This document shows positions 1 through 8,700 of a stretch of DNA of 64,000 nucleotides, piece after piece. Below the pieces are notes generated by a model. It saw only the letters and a program-made list of their open reading frames with translations. It ran no database searches and was not told where the DNA came from. Each line of letters opens with the position of its first letter. The first letter of the stretch is position 1. Made by a program: the position numbers and the translations under genes. Source of the stretch: Tepidisphaera sp. (GTDB lineage Bacteria; Planctomycetota; Phycisphaerae; Phycisphaerales; UBA1924); assembly GCA_050916045.1 (NCBI GenBank), contig CP051526.1:2208001-2272000 (forward strand). The letters are read 5' to 3'.

Positions 1-1
1 C

Positions 2-433
2 CTGCCGGGCCGCGACCTTCAGAATGGCCTGCGTGCTCACCCGCTCGTGGATGTGGAGGGCGACGGGGTCCACGGCGAAGGATGGTTTCTCCCGCTTGCC
101 GGTCCATTCGAGCCACGGCTCGTGGCGGCGGAGGGCATCGGCGAGGATCTTCACCTCGTCCGGCGTCAGCGGCTCCCGCCCGGCTTTCGCGAGGAGCGAC
201 GGGATCGCATCCGAGCCGGCTTTCCCTTTGGCGTCAAACCGAAGCACCGGCGGCAGGTGCGGGTTGTACGCATACTCGGTGCGGGGGAGGACCTTCACCT
301 CCCCTTCGGCCGCGAGCTTCGCCGGAGGGTTGTTCTTTCGCTTGGAGCCGTGTGGGGGCGGCCCGCCGTGGCGATAAACGCCGAGCGGAAGTTTGTCGGA
401 ACTCTCGTTGTTCGGCTTCGCCTTCTTCGCCAC
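2..433 (-). CDS. Site-specific DNA methyltransferase, type III Mod-like, N-terminus (runs off the window; not in the ORF track)
   Basis: GTG at 433 with GGAGG upstream. Manual translation MAKKAKPNNE...YAYNPHLPPVLRFD...PWLEWTGKREKPSFAVDPVALHIHERVSTQAILKVAARQ resembles N-termini I recall from Mod-type adenine MTases. Catalytic motifs lie outside the window. Confidence 0.7.
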   Translation of the reverse strand, partial: MAKKAKPNNESSDKLPLGVYRHGGPPPHGSKRKNNPPAKLAAEGEVKVLPRTEYAYNPHLPPVLRFDAKGKAGSDAIPSLLAKAGREPLTPDEVKILADALRRHEPWLEWTGKREKPSFAVDPVALHIHERVSTQAILKVAARQ

Positions 434-581
434 GCGGTCCTCCCAAGGAAGCCCGGAGTGTACTCGAAAGGGGGGCCGTGGGGTTGACGGGAGCCGCTGA
501 TCGGGAGGGTGGCTTGGGGACAAGCTGCCGCCCGGCTCCGTTCGCTCGCGGGATCCCCGAGAATGGCGGAAAGGAGCGACC

Positions 582-1460
582 ATGGAAGCATCCGCCGACA
601 CAAATTTGAGCCGTCCGGCCGAACCCCATCCGCTCATTCGGATGTTCAACCTCTTCCAGACCGTGCCGATGGCGGTGCGTCGTTTGCGGGCGATGGCGGA
701 GTGGTTTGACCGGCTCTCGGATGGAGGCAAGAAGATGCCCTCCGAGGTGTACGCCCGACGGCTGAAGAGGAAGCCGCTCCCGAAGCCCAAGCCCGGCGTG
801 TACCAGCACACGATCCGCGACGACTTCATGCTCCTGAAAATTGACATCGACGCGACCCGACTGTGTCTTCAGGCTCTTCCGGCCGCCGGGGAGCAGATGG
901 ATCAAGCTCTCAATCCCGGCGCAATGTCCTGGAGTGTGAACCTTCACCGCGCCTTGTTCGCACTGAGCCATCAGCAACAGACGGTGGGATTCGCATGGAA
1001 CGGAAGGGGATTCAACCTCAAGGAGAGCGTGGCGTCCCTCGATCGGATCGACGAGATCATCAGGAGGTCATTGGGTGAACTGATCGCCGTACTGGAACTG
1101 AAGGGAATCGCCTCCCTCGGATCCTCGATCGATGTTCAAAAGCTCGCGGGCGGAAAGACGGTCCCCAAGTTCGACATCCCGCTGGAAGGGCTCACCGTCA
1201 AAGTGCTCTGTGAGATCGGTGATATCTCCGAAGGGAGCCTGAAGGCGCTGCGCGACGCGGCGGGCGTCTCCGGTCGTGCGCAAGGCGAACCTTTCAAGCT
1301 CTCCGAGTTTCGACTCATGGTCAGCTTCTGTCGGTCGGAGTCTGCCAAGCCATCTTGGAAGAAGGCGCTCTCGAATTGGTCCGAGCGAATGGGAACGGGA
1401 GTTCTAGAGGCTTCGCCCACAAGCTTGACCCCAAGCCCACAAAGACGGACGAAGCCGTAG
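582..1460 (+). CDS. Hypothetical protein, possible C-terminal HTH (element regulator)
   Basis: 292-aa ORF with AAGGAG RBS, divergent from the MTase. C-terminal LTVKVLCEIGDISEGSLKALRDAAG is HTH-like. Confidence 0.6.
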   Translation: MEASADTNLSRPAEPHPLIRMFNLFQTVPMAVRRLRAMAEWFDRLSDGGKKMPSEVYARRLKRKPLPKPKPGVYQHTIRDDFMLLKIDIDATRLCLQALPAAGEQMDQALNPGAMSWSVNLHRALFALSHQQQTVGFAWNGRGFNLKESVASLDRIDEIIRRSLGELIAVLELKGIASLGSSIDVQKLAGGKTVPKFDIPLEGLTVKVLCEIGDISEGSLKALRDAAGVSGRAQGEPFKLSEFRLMVSFCRSESAKPSWKKALSNWSERMGTGVLEASPTSLTPSPQRRTKP

Positions 1461-1540
1461 CTCGATCGCACGTGATGGGACAAAGTGCATGGACCGCTCG
1501 CGAACGTCGCGGGCGGGCAAGCTCACTTCAGGAGCATCCC

Positions 1541-1789
1541 ATGCAACCGTCCTCCACTCCGATCTCCCCCTCCTCATCCGCACCCCGCGCCCAAGCGGTG
1601 ACGACCGAAGCGAGCCGCCCGCTCGTTGACTACGTCACCGCCGCCGGGTTGCTCGGCGTCTCTGTGCGGACGGCCCGCACGCTGGTGAAGACCGGCCTCC
1701 TCCCCGCCATCCGGATCCGCCGCCGCGTCCTGATCGACCCGGCGGACGTGACCGCGTTCATCGCCCGGGCGAAAGCGGAGGCTCGCTGA
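1541..1789 (+). CDS. Excisionase-like HTH DNA-binding protein
   Basis: AGGAG RBS before ATG 1541. AAGLLGVSVRTARTLVKTGLLPAIRIRRRVLI matches the HTH_17 pattern. Confidence 0.85.
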   Translation: MQPSSTPISPSSSAPRAQAVTTEASRPLVDYVTAAGLLGVSVRTARTLVKTGLLPAIRIRRRVLIDPADVTAFIARAKAEAR

Positions 1790-1809
1790 GTTCCAAGGAG
1801 ACGCAAATC

Positions 1810-2028
1810 ATGGGACACACCGAAAAGCCGTTGCCCCTGCCCGCCGGTCTCCTGGACACCACCCAGGTCACCGCGATCCTCAACATCTCCGCCCGCACCC
1901 TCTGGAGCCTCGTCGCCTCCGGCGAGATCCCTGTCGTCCGCATCCGCCGCCGCCGTCTCTTCGACCCCGCCGACGTTCGTGCGTACATCGAAGCCGCCAA
2001 GTCCGGCGGGAAGGGGGGGCGGAAATGA
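1810..2028 (+). CDS. Excisionase-like HTH DNA-binding protein (paralog of the upstream gene)
   Basis: LLDTTQVTAILNISARTLWSLVASGEIPVVRIRRRRLF; AAGGAG RBS. Confidence 0.88.
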   Translation: MGHTEKPLPLPAGLLDTTQVTAILNISARTLWSLVASGEIPVVRIRRRRLFDPADVRAYIEAAKSGGKGGRK

Positions 2029-3998
2029 CGCCCACCGAACGCCTGTTGGACGCCCTTCGTTCTCACGGACTCAAGCCCCGCCAGACACAGACGGGGTGGA
2101 GTTGCCATTGTCCCGGGCACGATGACAGGAAGCCGAGCCTCGGAATCGCCGAGGGAGAGAAGGGCGGCGCGGTGCTGAAATGCCGCGCGGGATGTGAAAC
2201 CACGCATGTGCTCTCGAAAGTCGGGTTGACGCTCAAAGACATCATGCCCGAGGATGCCTCTCGCCTTCCCACCCCCACTCGTCCGCCCTTCCCTCGCGGC
2301 GGCTCCCGATCATCCGCACCCCTCCAGCCTCCCGAGGGCGTCTCCGCCGAGGCTTGGGCCAGGATCGGCGCACGTGCCGAGGGGGGGCGTTGGGCGATTC
2401 CCGAGAAGGATGCATTGGGGAACGTCATCGGGACGGCGTACAGGCTTGCGAACGGGTCCAAGGACTTTGAGCGGGGTGGGAAGCGGGGTCTGATCTACCC
2501 GGATGGCTACCCCTTGCCGGACGGCGTCGGAGCGTCATGGGAGCGTCCCCTCTTCATCTGTGAGGGAGCATCGGATACCGCCGCCCTGCTCACCTTGGGG
2601 TTGCAGGCGGTCGGCGTGCCGAGCTGCGGACAAGGGGGCAAGCACCTCGCGGACCTCGCCAAGAGCCTGTTCGTCTGTTTCGTGACCGACACGGACGCCC
2701 CCGGTCGGAGGGGGTCCTCCGACCTGGCGAATGACATCGCCGCGAACGCCGCCGGGATCAAGATCATCGACCCGCCCAACGGGGCGAAGGACGCCAGGGA
2801 ATCGGTCATCGCCGGGGCGGACGGGTCGGCGTTCCTGACGCTCGCCCGAGAAGCCACCCTGTGGACCCCCTCGGATTCGTTTCAATCGCCTACGCACGTA
2901 AGCGAACGAAACGAATCGGACCTCTACCAGTTGGTCTCGATCGCCGATTTGGGCCCCGCCGTCGAACCCGAGTGGCTTTGGAGCGGCTACCTCGCCCGGG
3001 GCGGAATCACCCTCCTCACGGGGCTCTGGAAGGCCGGGAAGACAACCCTGATGGGGTACCTGCTTCGGGACCTCTACCTCGGGTCCGGGCTCGCGTCCGC
3101 GCGGTTGGAGGGCCCGACCCTGTACGTGAGTGAAGAGCCGTCGGGGCTGTGGTCGGCTCGCCGCGACAAGCTTGGCTTGAACCCGAAGATTCACTTCGTC
3201 AAGCGGGCGACGTTCACCCGCCCCACCCTCGTGGACTGGTATCGGTTCGTGTCGCAATTGGTCGAGGATGTTCGCCGCCTCGGAGCGGCCTTTGTCGTGT
3301 TCGACACGCTGTCGAGCATTTGGCCCGTGGCGAACGAGAACGACGCCGGGGAGGTCATGGCGGCCGTGACGCCCCTTCGGGAACTGTCGGAGGCTGGCGC
3401 GGCGGTCCTGTTGATCCACCACCCGAAGAAAGGCGACGGTGCGGAGGCGACGGCGTCTCGCGGGTCCGGCGCGCTTACGGGCTTTGTGGATGTGATTCTT
3501 GAACTGCGCCGAAGTGACCCCGCGAACGAGAGCGACCGCCGCCGAAAGCTCAAAGCCTACGGCCGGTACGAGTCAATCCCTCCCGAGTGTGTCCTTGAGC
3601 TTGGCGATGACGGTTACCACGTTCTTGGCGACGCCCCAGCCGTCCGGCAGGCCGACATCTTGGACCACATCTATCGGCTTCTCCCCGCGAGCCCTCCCGG
3701 GCTGACTGTGGAGGAGGTCAAGGTCGCGTGGTCGTCGGGCGTCCCGCCGGGCGCGACGCTGCTGCGGGAGCTTCTTGAGCGTGGATACGAGGAGTATCGC
3801 TGGTCCCGGACCGGATCAGGCAATCGCGGGTCGCCGCTCCGATACCACCGCCGGTCGGTGACGGTCGATTCGTTTCCGTCGCCGCCGTCCGTAGGCGAGC
3901 GAGACGATTCCTTCCCTCTCACGCCAACCCCCGGCGCGTCCGGTTCTTCTCTCACGCCCGGGCCAAACGATTCGAGTTCGGCCAATGACACGAGATAG
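2025..3998 (+). CDS. Primase-helicase (Zn finger + TOPRIM + RepA/AAA_25 helicase)
   Basis: CPGHDD..C Zn finger, ICEGASD and DTD TOPRIM motifs, Walker A GLWKAGKT, Walker B VVFDT, LIHH and RGSGAL SF4-like motifs. Confidence 0.9.
   Translation: MTPTERLLDALRSHGLKPRQTQTGWSCHCPGHDDRKPSLGIAEGEKGGAVLKCRAGCETTHVLSKVGLTLKDIMPEDASRLPTPTRPPFPRGGSRSSAPLQPPEGVSAEAWARIGARAEGGRWAIPEKDALGNVIGTAYRLANGSKDFERGGKRGLIYPDGYPLPDGVGASWERPLFICEGASDTAALLTLGLQAVGVPSCGQGGKHLADLAKSLFVCFVTDTDAPGRRGSSDLANDIAANAAGIKIIDPPNGAKDARESVIAGADGSAFLTLAREATLWTPSDSFQSPTHVSERNESDLYQLVSIADLGPAVEPEWLWSGYLARGGITLLTGLWKAGKTTLMGYLLRDLYLGSGLASARLEGPTLYVSEEPSGLWSARRDKLGLNPKIHFVKRATFTRPTLVDWYRFVSQLVEDVRRLGAAFVVFDTLSSIWPVANENDAGEVMAAVTPLRELSEAGAAVLLIHHPKKGDGAEATASRGSGALTGFVDVILELRRSDPANESDRRRKLKAYGRYESIPPECVLELGDDGYHVLGDAPAVRQADILDHIYRLLPASPPGLTVEEVKVAWSSGVPPGATLLRELLERGYEEYRWSRTGSGNRGSPLRYHRRSVTVDSFPSPPSVGERDDSFPLTPTPGASGSSLTPGPNDSSSANDTR
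2874..2917. repeat. 44-bp motif with 10-bp inverted ends, copy 1 (putative ori element)
   Basis: GATTCGTTTC-N24-GAAACGAATC; 34/44 identical to 3867-3910. Confidence 0.6.
3867..3910. repeat. 44-bp motif, copy 2
   Basis: GATTCGTTTC...GAGACGATTC; colinear with 2874-2917. Confidence 0.6.
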
Positions 3999-4001
3999 TC
4001 C

Positions 4002-4030
4002 TTGCGTTCTCACAACGGCTCTGGTATGCT
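4002..4030 (+). promoter_or_regulatory. Sigma70-type promoter for a leaderless XRE-integrase transcript
   Basis: TTGCGT-N17-TATGCT, 6 nt before ATG 4037. Confidence 0.6.
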
Positions 4031-4036
4031 CCCGAC

Positions 4037-4243
4037 ATGACCACCGTTTCGGACCAGCTGCGGCAAGCGATCAAGGCGAGCCCACTCTCACGGAATCAGC
4101 TTGCCGAGCAATCGGGCGTCCCCGCCTCAGGAATCAGCCGGTTCATGGCGGGTACGGAACTCAGGACCGGCAACGTGGACCGACTCTGCGTGGTCCTCGG
4201 ACTCAAGCTGACGCACACCGGCAAGGCCGGAAAGGATCGGTAG
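4037..4243 (+). CDS. XRE-family HTH regulator
   Basis: LSRNQLAEQSGVPASGISRFMAG HTH. Confidence 0.88.
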   Translation: MTTVSDQLRQAIKASPLSRNQLAEQSGVPASGISRFMAGTELRTGNVDRLCVVLGLKLTHTGKAGKDR

Positions 4244-4246
4244 AAC

Positions 4247-5680
4247 ATGCCCTCACGACGCTCCAAAGGCCAAGGCTCTGTCTTCCGTCGCAGCGGCGCA
4301 GGCCCGTACATCGCCACGTGGGTTGACCATTCGGGCAAACGGTGCCAGAAGTCCACCCAGACGACCGACAAGGCGACCGCCCTCCGGATCCTCGGCAAGT
4401 TCGTCGCCGATGCCGCTCTCCGACGCGAGGGTGTCATCGACGCCGCAGCGGACCGCTACGCCGTCCAAGGCCGCATCCCCTTCGAGACGCACGCGGAGCA
4501 ATACCTCGCCAACTGTGAGCGTCGGGGCCTTGACGCCGAGCACATCGCGAGCAAGCGGAAGCACCTTACGGGCTTCCGGGAAGTCTCGAAGATCGAGTTG
4601 CTCTACGCGGTCACCCCCGACACCCTCGAAACCTACCTTGCGAGCGTGAAGGACGCCGGACGCTCCGCCCGCTCCGTGAACTTCGCCCGTCAACAGCTCG
4701 TCGCCTTCGCCGGGTGGTGCGTCAAGACCGGACGGCTCCTCGGCAACCCGTTCAAGTCCGTTTCCATTCAGGACGAATCCCAGGATCGCCGCCGCGTCCG
4801 CCGCCCGCTCACGGACGATGAACTCGGCCGGTTGGTCCAGGTCGCGTCGGACAGGGGACGCGCCGCGTGGTACCTCGGTGCGGCCCTCGCCGGGCTTCGG
4901 CGTGGCGACCTCAAGCGGATCGAATGGCGCGACGTGAATCTCACGGAGAAGACGCTCACGATCCGGAACGGCAAAGCCAAACGCACCGACGTGCTTTCGA
5001 TGCACCCGCAACTCGTCCAGGCCTTTCGGGATCACTTGAAGGCCCATCCGGGGGTTCCTACTGCCCGCGTCTTCCGCGAAGCCGTGACGAACCGGACCCG
5101 CCTCTCCGACTTCCTGCGCGCTGGCATCGCACGCCGCGTCCCGATCCTCGGGGCCGACGGCAAGCCCGTCCGCATCGGCAAGGGCAAGCGGGAGCGGGAC
5201 AAGACCCGGATCGACTGCACCGACGCCGAAGGCCGCATCGCCGACCTGCACGCCCTCCGGACCACCCTCGGCACCCAGCTCGCCCGCGCGGGCGTCGCCC
5301 CGCAGGTCGCGCAGAAGATCATGCGGCATAGCGACTACCGGACCACCCTGAAGAGCTACACCGTCCTCGGCCTCCACGATACCGCGACGGCCGTCGCCAA
5401 GCTCCCGAGCATCCGGACACCCGGCCGCGAGGAACAGCGGGCAACCGGCACCCACGGCCAACCACAAGCGGTAGTGGTCAACCCACAGCTTGAGTCACAG
5501 CTTATCCGACGCGATTCGATGCAAATTGGTGCGACTCGCCGCACGGACCCCACCTCGGTCCCCCACCCCTCCCGAAGCGATTCGGCCCTAGAAAACAGGG
5601 CTATTTCATCGCATTCTGATGCACCGAGTGGAATGGAGCGGAAGAGACTCGAACTCTCAACCCCTAGCTTGCAAAGCTAG
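4247..5680 (+). CDS. Tyrosine recombinase/integrase
   Basis: Catalytic set GLRRGD (R), K, HALR, MRHS and Y in KSYT; N-terminal arm-binding region. The ORF runs into the tRNA. Confidence 0.93.
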   Translation: MPSRRSKGQGSVFRRSGAGPYIATWVDHSGKRCQKSTQTTDKATALRILGKFVADAALRREGVIDAAADRYAVQGRIPFETHAEQYLANCERRGLDAEHIASKRKHLTGFREVSKIELLYAVTPDTLETYLASVKDAGRSARSVNFARQQLVAFAGWCVKTGRLLGNPFKSVSIQDESQDRRRVRRPLTDDELGRLVQVASDRGRAAWYLGAALAGLRRGDLKRIEWRDVNLTEKTLTIRNGKAKRTDVLSMHPQLVQAFRDHLKAHPGVPTARVFREAVTNRTRLSDFLRAGIARRVPILGADGKPVRIGKGKRERDKTRIDCTDAEGRIADLHALRTTLGTQLARAGVAPQVAQKIMRHSDYRTTLKSYTVLGLHDTATAVAKLPSIRTPGREEQRATGTHGQPQAVVVNPQLESQLIRRDSMQIGATRRTDPTSVPHPSRSDSALENRAISSHSDAPSGMERKRLELSTPSLQS

Positions 5681-5706
5681 TGCTCTACCAATTGAGCTAC
5701 CGCCCC
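5634..5706 (-). tRNA. tRNA-Ala(TGC)
   Basis: GGGGCGGTAGCTCAATTGGTAGAGCACTAGCTTTGCAAGCTAGGGGTTGAGAGTTCGAGTCTCTTCCGCTCCA: cloverleaf, TGC anticodon, G3:U70 pair. CCA is not encoded. Confidence 0.97.
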
Positions 5707-5762
5707 GTGGGGCTCGATTCTAGCACGGTCTCTCCGTGCTTCTCGCCGTCGGCAAAGCGTCG

Positions 5763-8700
5763 TCAGCCCACCGGCGAGGGCAGCGAGCTCAGCGTGCTCG
5801 CGAGCCAGTCGGCGTCCGGCACGGCGTACGGGCGGAACTTCTCGACCTGGCCGGTCTCCTCCGAGTACAGGAGGCCGCGGTGCTGGCCGAGGTTGCCCGC
5901 GGCCGTGCTGTCGATCAGGTTGCTCGAGTCGTTCGCCGACATCTGGAAGAGGACGCGATAGTCGAACTCCTTGAGCATGCGGCGGTCCATCGCTCGCTCA
6001 AGGTTCGTCGAGGTATCTACTCGCACGATCGTGAAGATGCCCACGCTCGGGCCATCCTTGAGAAGCTGCGTGAACTGCTTGTCCGGCTTGGTCGCGGCTT
6101 CGGCTCCGCCATCGTCAAATCCGAAGTCCGACTCGGACTTGCGGAGCGTGCGGAACCGCTGCAAACCCGACACGACGAGGAAGACCGGCGGCTGATCCGC
6201 TCCGCCGTCGCTGGCTTGCCTTTTCTGGAATTCCTCGTAGATCGCTGCAACGGCCGCGTCCGCCGCTCGCCCGTTGACCACCGCCGCGACGCCCGAGCCA
6301 AGCTGCTTGCCCAGCGAGATGAGTTCATCCGTGGACTCAGCGTCGGCCGTGCCGCCGTCAAGCACTGTGATCGACGGAAGCCGGCCCGCTCGCGACACCT
6401 GCGGCGCCAGCGAGACCAGCGACGACACGATCAGTCCGAGCGTCGGCCGCTCCTGCTGACCGACGATGATCAGATTCGACCCCGACTGCCGGCGGAACTT
6501 GACCGAAGTCGGATCCTTGATCGAGATCGCTTCGCCAAGCCAGATCGTCGGCATGTTCGGCACGCTCGACCCATCCAGCACCGCACGAAGCAGGTGATTC
6601 CGCGGCAGGTGCGACGGCACGTTGCCCTCGAACACGATCGGCGGATCGCCCTTCCAGCCCTCGGCTCTCGTCCGTGCCTCCACATCCTGCAGATGCGAAT
6701 CGCGCACCTCATCCGGAAGCCAGACGACCTGGAACGGGCTGTTGCCCTCGATCATGCCCGACTGATCGTTGTAGATCGCTTCGCCCGGCCGCGAGAGGAG
6801 GCGCGCCGCCGCGTTATCTTCGGACAGGATCAGGTACGAGTCGGCTTCGGAGCACTGGAGCGCGACGCGGACGGCCATCTGGCCGATCGTGGCGCGAGCC
6901 AAGCTGTACGCTCCGCCGATCGTCTGGCTTCCGAGGATCACGTGCATGCCGAAGGCGCGGCCCTGACGCACCAAACGGTCCATCAGGAGCATGCCCTCCT
7001 GCGCGATCTTGTCGTCCTCGGTGAAGAACTCCTGGAACTCGTCGACGATCAGAAGCGTGCGCGGGATCGACGACCTCGCACCGGCGCCGGTCAGGTCCCC
7101 CTCGCCCTTGGCTTTCCGGTAGCTCGCGAGGTCCTGCACGCCGAGTTCGCGGAAGAGGTTGCCGCGCCGCGTCAGTTCCGCGTCGAGCTTGCGGAGCACG
7201 GACAAGCCGAACTCACGCTCGCTCTCGACCGCGATGACGCGGGCGTGCGGCACGTTGTGGCTCGCATAGGTCTTGAACTCGACGCCCTTCTTGAAGTCCA
7301 CGAGGTAAAGCTCAAGCTCCCAGGGGCTGTACCAGAGCATCGCGCTGGTGATCAGAGCGTGCAAAAGCGTGGACTTGCCCGAGCCGGTGCGGCCCGCGAT
7401 CAGCACGTGCTGGCTTGTCCCGCGGCCGAGGACCATCTGCTGCACCTTCGTCGCGCCGGCTTTGCCCAGCGGCACGCGGATGTCGCCCGAGGTGCTCCGC
7501 GTCCAGAGCTCTTCGCGTTTGGGGGCGACGGTGCCGAAGGGCACCTGCACCCTGCTCATCTCCTTGGCGTGCTTTCCGACGGCGTGGGCGATCCGCGTGA
7601 CAACGTCCTCGCTGGGCGAGCGCTCGATGGCAAGTGGCCACGCCGAGAAATCAGCATCCTTCCACGACAGCTTGCCTTCCTTGCCGACGACGTTGACGCT
7701 TGCACGCTCGATTTCGGGCATGGGGACCCACGCGGGGGGCCGCTGCCGGGCGTCGGTCGCGATCAGCGTAAACACGCCGCATCGCGGGCCGCTGGCGACG
7801 ATACTCGCGAGGCGTTTGGCGGCGGTCTCGGTGAAATTGGCGGGGAAGTCAGCGATGACGAGGAACCGGAAGGGCTCGGCGACCTCGCCGGCTTTCACGT
7901 TGTAGTCCTGGATCGTGGCAAACTCGTTGCGGAGATACTTCTGGATCACCGCTTCCATGTGCTCGGTGATGTCCGTGAGCTTCTGCTCGATGTGCCTGGG
8001 GTCGGTCCAGATCTTGTCCGACACCAGCGACTCGTCATGGTCCGCAAGGTGCATGAACCCGGCGAAGCTCTGCCCCAGCCCCACCGGATCGATGATCGTG
8101 AACTTCAGCTTGCCCGGCGGGAACGTCGTCAAAAGCCGCAGCATCACGGCTTGCAGCGAAGCCACCGCATCCGCACGCTGCTCGGGCCCCGCTTGAATCA
8201 GAAGCGACCCCGTCCCGAGGAAGTCGAGCATCGCCGGCAGATCGAACGCTTCGACGGCGGGCTCGCGGAGCGACTCATCCGTCGGCACGCCGCCCTGCAT
8301 TTGCGCCATGGTCACGCCGAGGGTGCCGAACCGCGCGGCGACGGGCGGGCTTGTCCGCGGCTCGAACTTGTCCCAGTTCGGAGCATCCGCGCCCTCCCAC
8401 GGGTGCGACAAAGGACCCGAAGCGGCCGCGATCGACGCCAGCTCTTCGCGTGCGTGGGCCGTCGCCACCGTCCACTTCTGGCGAAGAGCCGTCGTGCCCT
8501 CCGCGTGTTCCCGCTGCGCTGCTTCCAGCCGGCTTGTGCGGGTGGTTGCGGCCTGCGCGATCGCCGATTCGTGCTCTTGCTTCAGCGTGTTCTGCTTTTT
8601 GGCTGATTCCTCGTCCACGGCGGTCGACTTCTCACCGGTGCGTCGAAGCACGCGGTCCATGACCTGCCGGTGTTTGGCCCGGAGGGCCGGCTCCTCGTCC

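Larger units (their letters stand above)
1..5680. mobile_element. Integrative element (satellite/IME-like) at the tRNA-Ala 3' end; left end outside the window
   Basis: Tyrosine integrase abuts and overlaps the tRNA 3' half, with Xis-like HTHs, a primase-helicase, an XRE gene and RM cargo. The second att site is not in the window. Confidence 0.8.

Noticed and set aside
24..977. ORFs 24..377, 47..487, 82..609 and 234..977
   Set aside because: Antisense or shadow frames of the MTase and of ORF 582..1460.
5736..8606. 956-aa + strand ORF (likewise 11433..13982, 48879..52532, 54702..57785)
   Set aside because: Arg/His/Pro-rich antisense shadows of well-supported minus-strand genes, common at high GC.
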